Below, piece after piece: positions 11,416 to 23,100 of a stretch of DNA of 64,000 nt. The stretch comes from Squalus acanthias. Its lineage: Eukaryota. Position numbers and translations under genes: made by a program. Position 1 is the first letter of the stretch. Each line of letters begins with the position of its first letter. The stretch lies in the NCBI GenBank assembly GCA_030390025.1, contig JASTWF010000340.1, forward strand, positions 62,001 to 126,000, given 5' to 3'. The notes beneath the pieces were generated by a model. That model ran no database searches. It was given only the letters and a program-made list of their open reading frames with translations, and was not told the DNA's origin.

Positions 11416-14165
11416 AATCACAGAATTGTAGAATCGTAGAAATTTACGGCACAGAAGGAGGCCATTTGGCCCATTGTGTCTGCGCCGGTCGAAATAGAGC
11501 TATCCAGCTTAATCCCACTTTCCAGCTCTTGGTCCGTAGCCCTGTAGGTGATGGCACTTCAAGTGCATATCCATGTACGTTTTAAACGTGATGAGGGTTT
11601 CTGCCTCTACCACCCTTTCAGGCCTTGAGTTTCAGACCCGCACCGCCCTCTGGGTGAAACAAATTCTCCTCATCTCCCGTCTAATCCTTCTACCAATTAC
11701 TTTAAATCTATGCTCCTTGGTTATTGACCTCTCTGCCAGGGGAAATAGATGCTTGCTATCCACTCTATCTAGGCCCCTCACAATTTTATACACCTCAAGT
11801 TAATCTCCCATCAGCCTCCTCTGTTCCAATGTAAAGAACCCCAGACTTTTCTCCAGTCTTGGCAACATCCACGTAAATCACCTCTATAACGGCTCGACTG
11901 CAATCACATCTTTCCTGTAATGTTTTGACCAAAATTGTACGCAGTATTCTAGCTGTGGCCTAATTGGTGTTTTATACAGTTCTAGCATAAACTCCCTGCT
12001 TTTATATTCTATGCTTCGGCTAATAAAGCAATGTATTGATGGACAAGGGTGGACATATGAGGAGAGGTTGAGTAGATTGGGACTCTACTCATTGGAGTTC
12101 AGAAGAATGAGAGGCGATCTTATTGAAACATATAAGATTGTGAAAGGGCTTGAACGGGTGGATGCGGTAATGATGTTCCCAAGGATGGGTAAAACTAGAC
12201 CAAGGGGCATAATCTTAGAATAAGGGGCTGCTCTTTCAAAACTGAGATGAGGAGAAACTTCTTCACTCAGAGGGTAGTAGGTCTGTGGAATCTGCTGCCC
12301 CAGGAAGCTGTGGAAGCTACATCATTAAATAAATTTAAAACAGAAATAGACAGTTTCCTAGAAGTAAAGGGAATTAGGCGTTACGGGAAGCGGGCAGGAA
12401 ATTGGACATGAGGCTGAGTTCGGATCGGTCAAGGCCCTGTGGGTGGCGGAGCGGGCCCAGGGGCTGAGTGGCCGGGTCCTGCTCCTACTTCTTGTGTTCT
12501 TTAGATTTTAGTTAGGATCAGATCAGCCATGATCTTATTGAATGGCGGAGCAGGCTCGAGGGGCCGATTGGCCTACTCCTGCTCCTATTTCTTATGTTCT
12601 CATGTTCTTATCCCACATGCCTTTTTACCTACACTATTTACATGTCCTGATAGTTTTAGAGATATGTGGAAATGCAATCCAAGGTCCCTCTGTTCCACTG
12701 CACCTCTCAGAATCCTACCATTTATTGTGTATTCCATTTTTATTAGCCCGCCACAAATGCATTACCTCACACTTCTCCGAAATGAAGACCATTTGCCACT
12801 GTTCTGCCCACCTGACCAGTCCATTGATATCTTCTTGCAGTCTACAGCTTTCTTCCACACTATGAACCACACGGCCAATTTTTGTATCAAGTGCAAACTT
12901 CTTTATCATGGCCCCAACACTGAAGTCTAAATCATTGATATATTCCACAAATAGCAGGGGACCTAGTACTGAGCCCTGTGGAACCCCACTGGAAACAACC
13001 TTCCAGTCACAAAAACACCCGTTGACCATTACGACCTTTGCTTCCTGCCACTGAGCCAATTTTGGATCCAAATTGCCACTTTCCCTTGAATCCAATGAAC
13101 AACCTGTCATGTGGGACCTTGTCAAAGGCCTTACTAATATCTACGTGGACTACATCAAATGCACTCCCCCCATCGACCCTCCTCAAAAAATTCAATCAAG
13201 TTAGTTAGACATGACCTTACCTTAACATTACCATGCTGACTGTCCTTGTTTAATCTGTGCCTTTCTAAATACCGATTTATAATGCCCCTCAGAATCTTTC
13301 AATATTTTACCCACCACCAAGGTTAGACTGACTGCCCTGTAATTACTCGGTCTATCCCTTTCTCCCTTTTTAAACAATGGTACAACGTTAGCAGTCCTCC
13401 AGTCCTCTGGCATCACGCCGGTAGCCAGAGAGGATTGGAAAATGATGGTCTGAGCCTCCGCTATTTCCTCCCGTAAAAGCCTGGGATACATTTCATCCGA
13501 GCCTCGTGATTTATCTAATTTAAAAGATGCTAAACCCCTTAATGTTTCTTCTCTCACTATGTTTGTCTCATCTAATATTTCACACACCTCCTCCTTAACT
13601 ACAATGTCTGCATCGTCTCACTCTTCTGTGAAGACAGACAAAAAGTATTTATTAAGAACCATGTCCACGTCTTCCGCCTCTACACACAGATTAACTTGTT
13701 GGTCTATAACAGGCCAGACTCTTTCCTTAACTATCCTCTTGCTCTTGATGTATGTATAAAATATCTTTGGGTTTTCCTTGATTTACGTGCCAATATTTTT
13801 TCATGCCATCTCTTTGCTTTCCTAATTTACTTTTTAATTTCATCCCTGCACTTTCTATACCCCTCTAGGCTTTCTGTAGTATTGAGCTCTCGGTATCTGA
13901 CAAAAGCTTCCCTTTTTGTTCCCTGTATTCCCCTTGACATCCAGTGGGCTCTAGATTTGGAAAACCCATCCTTTATCTTTTTGGGAATATATTTGCTCTG
14001 AGCCCTCACTATCTCCTCGTTGAATGCTTCCCACGGCTCTGCACTGATTTCCAATTTAGAAGCTGTTACCAATCCACTTTTCCTAAATCACATCTCAGCT
14101 TAGTAAATTTGGCCTTTCCCCAATTGAAAACATTTAAACCTGGTCTTTCTTTGTCCTTTTCCATC
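11416..14165 (-). mobile_element. 5'-truncated CR1 (ORF2 and 3' tail), itself interrupted at ~12035-12611
   Basis: Tail at 11416-11440; minus-strand peptides SGVPQGSVLGPLLF, DISKAFDKVPH, PEDWRTANVVPLFKKG. Confidence 0.9.
12036..12611 (+). mobile_element. CR1 3' fragment inserted into the minus-strand CR1
   Basis: YEERLSRLGLYSLEFRRMRGDLIETYKIVKG peptide; ends in a (cttatgtt)n tail. Confidence 0.9.
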
Positions 14166-14535
14166 AGGGGAGATTTAGTATAGATATTCCAGATTGTAAT
14201 GGGTTTTGATAGCGTAAGTAAGTCGGTTTCCAGAGGCAGAATGGTGGGTAACCAGAGGAAACAAATTTGAAGTAATTGTCAAAAGAACCAGAGGAGAGAT
14301 GAGAATTTTCTTTACGCAGTGAGATGAGATCTAGAATGCACTGACTGAGAACGTGGTGGAAGCAGATTCAATGGTAAATTTCGAAAGGGAATGGGGGTAA
14401 TTAGATGAAGGGGAATTTTTTATGGGGCTCTGATTAAAGAGTAGGACTAAATTGATAACACTTTCAAAGAGACGGCACGGACACGAGGGGCCGAATGCCC
14501 TCCGTCTGTGATGTACCGTTCTATGATTCTATGAG
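14166..14535 (+). mobile_element. CR1 3' end (continuation of 10865-11415)
   Basis: Starts ggggagatttagta (RGDL) and ends in a ttctatgattctatga tail. Confidence 0.8.
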
Positions 14536-14739
14536 CAAGAGACAGAGAGAGAGAAAAGGGAGAGAGAAGAGGGGAAGAGAGAGAGAAATGGAGAAAGAGA
14601 GAAATAAAAATGGAGACTGAAAGACAGGGAGAGGTACGGAGGGAAATAAATTAACTTTAAAAGGGGAATTGGATAAATACCTGAAGGGGAACAATTTGCA
14701 GGACTATGGGAAAAGAGCAAGGGAATGGGAATAATTTGA

Positions 14740-15225
14740 GGGGTGAGGCCATGGTGGGATTTGAACATGAGGAGGAGAATATTTAAATCGAGTTGTTGCC
14801 GGATCGGCAGCCAATGTTGGTCAGTGATCACAGGGGTGATGGGTGAACGGGACATGATGTGTGTTAGGATATGGGCAGCAGAGTTTTGGATGAGCTCTAG
14901 TTTATGGAGGCTTGGTACTGGGAGGCCGGACAGGGGAGTATTGGAATAGTCGAGTCTGGATATAACACAGGCATGGATGAGGGTTTATGCAGCGGAAGGG
15001 CTGAGGTGGAGCGGAGATGGGTGAAATTTTGGAGGTGGCAGTCGGCAGGAATGGTGATTCAGAGGATATGAGTTCGGAACTCAGTTCAGGGACAAAAAGA
15101 TCGCAGAGTTTGCAAACAGCCTGGTTCAGCCTCAGACATTGACCAGGGAGGGGCCTGAATCGGTAGATAGAGAATGGAGTTTGTGACCAGGACCGAAGAC
15201 AATGGCTTCGCTCTTCCCAAGATTT
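14740..15225 (-). mobile_element. L2 LINE RT C-terminal fragment
   Basis: SRSPITPVITDQHWLPIRQQLDLNILLLMFKSHHGL (HITP.L..LHWLP-type motif), with a degraded KTEAIVF motif upstream. Confidence 0.85.
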
Positions 15226-15286
15226 AAAAGACAAACAGTAATACAGTGAAACGTGGTTTACAGAATAGCTGGATAGAGAGACTTAC

Positions 15287-15467
15287 CAGGAACACCAACA
15301 GCAGCAAGAAGGGGATAGTAAATGCATTGAATAATCTGAAGTGCGTAATAGATCCGATAGTCTAATGGCAGCCAATCGTAATTTTCTGAAAGAAAGTCAA
15401 ACTGCCAGCTGAAACTCTTGCCCATTGTTGTAACATTCCAATCTACTGTTCTCAGATTCTGATCCAT
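15287..15467 (-). CDS. First coding exon of a rhodopsin-class GPCR, probably GPR139/GPR142-like (N-terminus and first half of TM1)
   Basis: ATG at 15467, then 60 codons MDQNLRTVDWNVTTMGK...IYYALQIIQCIYYPLLAAVGVP plus 1 nt, then a consensus donor G|GTAAGT (15286-15281). It carries an NVT sequon, and IYYP.LA.VGVP matches the start of TM1 in this family. A TATA-like TATTAATAAG lies ~130 nt upstream. Exon 2 is not seen in the window. Confidence 0.75.
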
Positions 15468-15589
15468 TGTTGTAACATTCTAATCTACAGTGCTCAGATT
15501 CAGACTCCCTCTCTGGAGCAGCACGCTGATCCCTGTCAGTACCGGAGGTGATGCTCTCACTGACACTATGGATAACACATTGAAAAGAG

Positions 15590-15742
15590 TCCCTTATTAA
15601 TAGAAGAGGGAAACCCTGCACTGATACAATTAGAGTCCATGGAGACTGACATTAATTACAGTCACTAAACAAACAACTTCAGTTAACCCGTGGAGACTGC
15701 CATTAATTACAGTCACTGAACAAACAGCTTCAGTTAACCCCT
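15590..15742 (-). promoter_or_regulatory. Putative core promoter of the GPCR gene, with a tandem 51 bp duplication
   Basis: TATA-like element at ~15593-15602 on the minus strand; two copies of ggagactg.cattaattacagtcact.aacaaaca.cttcagttaaccc at 15641-15740. Confidence 0.4.
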
Positions 15743-15784
15743 TTCAATCCAACACTTTTTGTACCACAGTAAAGTAGAACATTT

Positions 15785-16380
15785 CCCCGGTCCGGATGGG
15801 AAATATATGAGGATTGCTGAGGGAAGGAATGGTGGAAATAGCGCAGGCTCTGGCCAGAATATTTCAATCCTCCTCGGATATGGGAGTGGTGCCATAGGAC
15901 AGGAGGGTTGAAAATGTTACACTCTGTTTAAAAAAGAGAGGGATAAACCCTGTAACTGCAGTCCAGTCAGCCTAACGTCAGTGTTGGGAAAACTGTAGAG
16001 GCCATATTCACAGAGAAAAGTATCTGTCTTTGGAAAAAACATGCATTAATAAATGACAACCAGCATGGATATGTTAACGGCAAAGTGTGTCTGACAAACT
16101 TGATTAAATTATTTGATGAAGTAACGGAGAGAGTTGATGAGGGTAGTGCGGTGATGTTGTGTACATGGACATTCAAAATGCATTTGATGAAGTACAATTG
16201 AATAGACTTGTTAGGACCAAAGGGACAGTGGCAGTGGGGATCTGACACTGGCTAAGGGACAGAAAACCGAGAGTAGTGGTGAACGGTTGTTGTTCAGACT
16301 GGAGGGAAGTGCACAGTGGTGTCCCCCAGATGTCGCTATTCGGACCAGTGCTCTTTTTGATATATATCAATGATATAGAC
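15785..16380 (+). mobile_element. CR1 RT fragment ending in an (AT)n/(AC)n microsatellite at 16380-16430
   Basis: Degraded SPGPDG, PVSLTSV.GK, YMDIQNAFD and [10 protein letters not shown] segments. Confidence 0.85.
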
Positions 16381-16474
16381 ATATATATATATATATATAT
16401 ATTTTGATATACATATATACACACACACAGATAGTGGGATAAGGTAGGCTTCAGGAGGACATCGACAGGCTGGT

Positions 16475-18160
16475 GAAATGAGCAAAGTGATGAAAGGTGC
16501 CGTCGACAGTGCTATTATGTGGCACTTACTCCCTAATAATCTTCTCACCGATGGCCAGTTTGAGTTCCGGCAGGACCACTCGGCTCCAGACCTCATTACA
16601 GCCTTGGTCCAAACATGGACAAAGGAGCTGAATTCCAGACGTGAGGTGAGAGTGACTGCCCTTGACATCAAGGCAGCATTGGACTGAGTGCGGCATCAAG
16701 GAGCCCCAGTAAAATTGTGTCAATGGAAAGCAGGGGGAAAACTCTCCACTGGCTCAAGTCATACCCGGCACAACGGAAGATGGTTGTGGTTTTTGGAGGT
16801 CAATCATCACAGCCCCAGGACATCGCTGCAGCAGTACATCAGGGCAGTGTCCTCGGCCCAACCATCTTCAGCTATTTCATCAATGACCTTCCCTCCATCC
16901 TGTGGTCAGAAGTGGGGATGTTCGCCGATGATTGCTCAGTATTCAATTCTATTCACAACTCCTCAGATAATGAAGCAGTCCATGCCCGCATGCAGCAAGA
17001 CCTGGATGACATTCAGCCTTGGGTTGATAAGTGGCAAGTAATAATCACACGAAACAAGTGCCAGGCAATGACAATCTCCAACAAGAGCCACATCCCCTTG
17101 ACATTCAATGGGATTACCATCGCCAAATCCGTCACCATCAGTATCCTGGGGGTTTCCATTGACCAGAACCTTAACTGGACCAGCCACATAAATACTGTGG
17201 CTAAAAGAGCAGGTCAAGGCTGGGTATTCTGCGGCGATTGTCTCACCTCCTGACTCTCCAAATCCTTTCCACCATCTACAAGGCACAAGTCAGGAGTGTG
17301 ATGGAATACTCTACACTTGTCTGGATGAGTGCAGCTCCAAAAACACTCAAGAAGCTCGACATCATCCAGGACAAAGCAGCCCACTTGATTGGTACCCCAT
17401 TCATCACCATAAAGGGGTAGAGAGAGTGGTAAAAAGGGAGGGTGTCGCGGTATTGATTAAAGAAACTATTACAGCTGTGAGGAGAGATGATATGTTGGAG
17501 CGATCATTAAACGAGGCCATATGGGTCGAATGGAAAAACAAAAAAGGGGCGACCACACTGCTGGGAGTGTACTATAGACCCCCAAACAGTGAGAGGGAGA
17601 TAGAAGAGCAAATATGTCGACACATTTCTGAGAAGTGCAAAAACTATAGGACAGTACTAGTAGGAGATTTGAACTACCCCAATATTAACTGGGATAAGCT
17701 GGGTTTGTTTTCCTTGGAACAGAAGAGGCCTACTCCTGCTCCTACTTCTTATGTTATGTTCTTAAACATTCACTCCCTCCACCACCGGCGCACCGTGGCT
17801 GCAGTGTGTACCATCTACAAGATGCACTGCAGCAACTTGCCAAGGTTTCATCGGCAGTACCTCCCAAACATGCAGACTCTACCACTTAGAAGGACAAGGG
17901 CAGCAGCAGCATGGGAGCACCATCACCTGTAACTTCCCCACCAAGTCACACACCATCCTGACTTGGAAGTATATCACCATTCCTTCATTGTCGCTGGGTC
18001 AAAATCCTGCAACTCCCTCCATAACAGCACTGTGGGAGCGCCTTTCCATCACCGACTGCAGCGGTTCAACACCACCTTCTCAAGGGCAACTAGGGATGGA
18101 CAATAAATGCAAGGCGTGCCAGCGATGACCACAGCCCATGAATGAATAAAAAAGAAAAAC
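16475..18160 (+). mobile_element. 5'-truncated CR1-group LINE of a second family (RT to 3' tail), with a nested insert at ~17412-17760
   Basis: QFEFRQDHSAPDLITAL, VTALDIKAA.D, VHQGSVLGPTIFSYFINDL, MFADD, IYKAQVRSVMEY; tail atgaatgaataaaaaa at ~18138-18153. Confidence 0.9.
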
Positions 18161-18204
18161 AAAATAGATGGCAGATGAAATTCCATAAAATGCATAGATT
18201 TTAG

Positions 18205-19660
18205 AACGTTTGCCGCGGATTGGAATGTAGCAAATGTAACCCCAATATTTAAGAAAGGAGGGAGAGAGAAAACGGGGAACGGCAGATCAGTTTTCCTGAC
18301 ATCAGAAGTAGGGAAAATGCTAAAATATATTAAGGACGTAGTAACAGGGCACTTAGAAAATTATATTAGGATTGGGCACAGTCAACACGGATTTATGAAA
18401 GGGAAATAGTGTTTCACAAATTTGTTAGAGTTTTTTGAGGTTGTAACTAGCAGAACAGATAAGGGGGAGACAGTAGATCTGGTGGATTTGGATTTTCAGA
18501 AGACATTCGATAAGGAGCCGCACAAGAGGTTATTAAACAAAATGGGATTGGGGTAATATTCTAGCATGGGTTCAGGATTGGTTAACGGACAGAAAACAGA
18601 GAATAGCAATAAACGAGTCATTTTCGGTTTGGCAGGCTGTAACTAGTGGGGTACCGCAAGAATCAGTGTTTGGGCAACAGCTATTTACGATATATATCAA
18701 TGATTTGGATGAGGGGACCAAATGCAATATATCCAAGTTTGCTGATGATACAAAGCTGGGTGGGAATGTAAGTTGTGAGGAGGATGCATGGAGGCTTCAA
18801 GGGGATATAGACAGGCTAAGTGAATGGGCATGAACATGGCAAATGGAATATAATGTGGAGAAATGTGCAGTTAGGAAAAATAGTAAAGCAAGGTATTTTT
18901 TAAATGTTGAGAGATTGGGAAATGTTGGTGTTCAGAGGGACCTGGGTGTCCTTGTACATGAATCACTAAAAGGTCACATGCAGGTACAGCAAATAATTAG
19001 GAAAGCAAATGGTATGTTGGCCTTTATTAGAAGAGGATTTGAATACAAGAGTAAAGACGTCTTACTGCAATTATATAAGGTCCTGGTGAGACCACACCAG
19101 GAGTACTGTGTACAATGTTGGTCTCCTTACCTAAGGAAGGATATAATTGCCAAAGAGCGAGTGCAACGAAGGTTCACCAGACTGGTTCCTGGGATGGGGG
19201 GATTGTCCTATGAGAACAGATTGAGTAGACTAGGCCTATGTTCTCTAGAATTTAGAAGAATGAGAGGTAATCTCATGGAAATATATAACATTCTTAGAGG
19301 GCTTAACAGGGTAGATGCAGTGAGGATGTTTCCCCTGGCTCGGGAGTCTAGAACAAGGGGTCACCGTCTCAGCAAAAGACGTCGGCCAGTTAGGTCCGAG
19401 ATGAGGAGAAAATTCTTCACTCAGAGGGTGGGGAATCTTTGCAATTCTCTACCCCAGAGGGCTGTGGATGCTCAGTCGTTGAGTATATTCAAGACAGAGA
19501 CTGAAAGATTTTTGAATATTTAAGGAATCAAGGGATATGGGGACAGTTCAGGAAAGTGGTGTTGAGGTAGAAGTTCAGCCATGACCTTATTGAACGGCGG
19601 AGCAGGATCGATGTGCCAAATGGCCTACTCCTGCTCCTATTTCATATGTTCCTATTTTCT
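18205..19660 (+). mobile_element. 5'-truncated CR1 (RT and 3' UTR)
   Basis: DWNVANVTPIFKKG, SGVPQESV.G, SKFADDTKLGG, and a 226 aa C-terminal ORF at 18843-19523. Confidence 0.9.
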
Positions 19661-19914
19661 AACTCTCAATATCTATCCCTGTCTTTCTCTTCCCTCTGCC
19701 TCTCTCAGCCTGTCTGTCTCTCTCTGGCTGTCTGTGGCTCTCCCCCAGACTTTCTGTCTCTCTATTTCTATCTCTCAATCTGCCCACTCTTTGTTTCTAT
19801 TTCTCTCTTTGTGTCTGTCTGACTCTCTCTGTGGCCCGCTCAATGACCCTTCCAATGTCTCGCTCTATGTTTCTGTCAATGTCTCTCTCAATGTCCCTCT
19901 CAATGTATCCCTGA

Positions 19915-20160
19915 TTTTAATCACTCCACCATTGGTGGCCATGCCTTCAGCTGCCTGGGCCCTAAGCTCTGGAATTCTGTCCGTAAACCTCTCTGCCTCT
20001 CTCTCCTCCATCAAGACGCTCCTTAAACATGACCTCTTTGACCAAGCTTTGGGTTATCTGCCCAAATGTCAAATGTTGTTTGATAGCACCCCTGTGAAAC
20101 GCCTTGGGACGTTTTACTACATTAAAGACGCTATAAAAATATAAGTTGCTGTTGTTTTTT
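19915..20160 (+). mobile_element. L2 LINE 3' end, preceded by CT-rich low-complexity sequence (19670-19910)
   Basis: ggtggccatgccttcagc...ctctggaattc...ctctttgaccaagcttt...gtgaaacgccttgggacgtttt...gctata...gttgctgttg tail. Confidence 0.8.
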
Positions 20161-20164
20161 GCTT

Positions 20165-23100
20165 ATTTCCAATTTAAGAATTAACAATTAACTTTACTCG
20201 CTTGTTTATTGGCTATCATACTCAATTTAACAATTAACTGCGGCAGTTTTACCCTGTGTATTTGTTATCATATCCAATTTAACAATTTACTGACAATTTA
20301 ACAAGTGTATTGGTCATCATACCCAATTTAACAAATTACTGTGACAGATTTACCCTGTGTATTGGTTATCATACCCAATTTAACAATTAACTGTGACAGT
20401 TTTAACCTGTGTATTGTTTATCATACCCAATTTAAGAATTAACTGTGACAGTTTTAAACTGTGTATTGGTTATCATACCCAATTTAACAATTAACTGATA
20501 GTTTTACCCTGTGTATTGGTTATCATACACAATTTAACAATTAACTAACTGTTTTAATACGTGTGTTGGTTAACATACCCAATTTAACAATTAACTGTAA
20601 CAATTTTACCATTTGTATTCGTTATCATACCCAATTTAACAATTAACTGGGACAGTTTTACCCTTTGTATTGGTTATCATACACAATTTAACATTTAACT
20701 GTGACAGTTTTACCCTGTGTATTGGTTATCATATCCAATTTAACCATTAACTGACAGTTTTACCCTTTGTATTGGTTATCATACCCAATTTAACAATTAA
20801 CTGTGACAGTTTAACCCTGTGTATTGGTTATCATACCTAATTTAACAATTAACTAGCAGTTTTACCCTGTGTATTGGTTATCATACCCAATTTAACAATT
20901 AACTGTGACAGCTTTACCCTGTATATTGGTTATCATACCCAAATTAACAATTAACTAGCAGTTTTACCCTGTGTATTGGTTATCATATCCAATTTAACCA
21001 TTAACTGACATTTTTACCCTGTGTATTGGTTATCATATCCAATTTAACAATTTACTGTGACAGCTTTACCCTGTATATTGGTTATCATACCCAATTTAAC
21101 AATTAACTAGCAGTTTTACCCTGTGTATTGGTTATCATATCCAATTTAACAATTAACTGTGGCAGGTTTAACCTGTGTATTGGTTATCATACCCAATTTA
21201 ACAATTAAATGACAGTTTTACCCTGTGTATTGGTTATCATACCCAATTTAACAATTTACTGTTACAGTTTTACCCTGTGTATTGGTTATCATTCCCAATT
21301 TAACAATTAACTGTGACAGTTTTACCCTGTGTATTGTTTATCATACCCAATATAACAATTAACTATGACAGTTTTACCCTGTGTATTGGTTACCATACCC
21401 AATTTAACAATTAACTGTGGCAGTTTTACCCTGTGTATTGGTTATCATACCCAATTTAACAATTAACTGGGACAGTTTTACCATGTGTATTGGTTATCAT
21501 CCCTAATTTAACAATTAACTAGCAGTTTTACGCTGTGTATTGGTTATCATACCCAATTTAACAATTAACGAGCAGTTTTACGCTGTGTATTGGTTATCAT
21601 ATCCAATTTAACAATTAACTGTGGCAGTTTTACTCTGTGTATTGGTTATCAAACCCAATTTAACCATTAACTGACAGTTTTACCCTGTGTATTGGTTATC
21701 ATATCCAATTTAACAATTAAATGTGACAGTTTTACCCAGTGTATTGGATATCATACTCAATTTTACAATTAACTGTCAGTTTCACTCAGTATATTGGTTA
21801 TCATACCCAATTTAACAATTAACTGACAGTTTTACCCTGTGTAATGGTTATCATATCCAATTTAACAATTAACTGTGACAGTTTTACCCTGTGTATTGGT
21901 AATCATACCCAATTTAACAATTCAGTGTGACAGTTCTGCCCGGTGTATTGGTTATCATACCCAATTTAATAATTAACTAACAGTTTCACCCTGTATATTG
22001 GTTATCATTCCCAATCTAACAATTAAATTTGACAGTTTTACTCTGTGTATTGGTTATCATACCCAGCTGAACACTTAACTAGCAGTTTTACCCTGTGTAA
22101 TGGTTATCTTACCCAATTCAACAATTAACTTTTGTTTTACCCTGTGTATTGGTTATCATACCCAATTTAACCATTAACTGACAGTTTTACCCTGTGTATT
22201 GGTTATCATACCCAATTTAACAAATAACTAACTGTTTTACTCTGTGTGTTGGTTAGCATTCCCATTTTAACAATTAACTGTAACAATTTTATCATTTGTA
22301 TTGCTTGTCATACCCAATATAACAATTAACTGTGACAGTTTCAGCCTGTGTATTGGTTATCATATACAATTTAACAATTAACTAACTGTTTTACCTTGTG
22401 TATTGGATATCTTAACCAATTTAACAATTAACAGTGACAGTTATAACCTGTGTACTGGTTATCATACCCAATTTAACAAATAACTATGTCAGTTATACAC
22501 TGTGTATTGGTTATCATACCCAATTTAACAATTAACTGTGACAGTTTTACCCTGTGTATTGGTTATCATACCCAATTTAACAATTAACTGTGACAGTTTT
22601 AATCTGTGTATTGGTTATCATACCCAATTTAACAATTAACTGTGACAGTTTTAGCCAGTGTATTGGTAATCATACCCAATGTAAAAATTAACGGACAGTT
22701 TTTCCCTGTGTATTGGTTATCATACACAATTTAACAATTAACTGTGACAGTTTTAATCTGTGTAATGGTTATCATATCCAATATAACAATTAACTGTAAC
22801 TGTTTTGCCCTGTGTATTGGTTATCATAATCAATTTAACAATTAACTGACAGTTTCACCCTGTGTATTGGTTATCATACCCAATTTAACAATTATACTGA
22901 CAGTTTTACCCTGTGTATTGGTTATCATACCCAATTTAACAATTAACTACCAGTTTTACCTGTGTATTGGTTATCATATCCAATTTAACAATTAACTGTG
23001 ACAGATTTACCCTGTGTATTGGTTATCATACCCAATTTAACTATTAACTGACAGTGTTACCCTGTGTATTGGTTGTCATATCCAATTTAACAATTAACTG

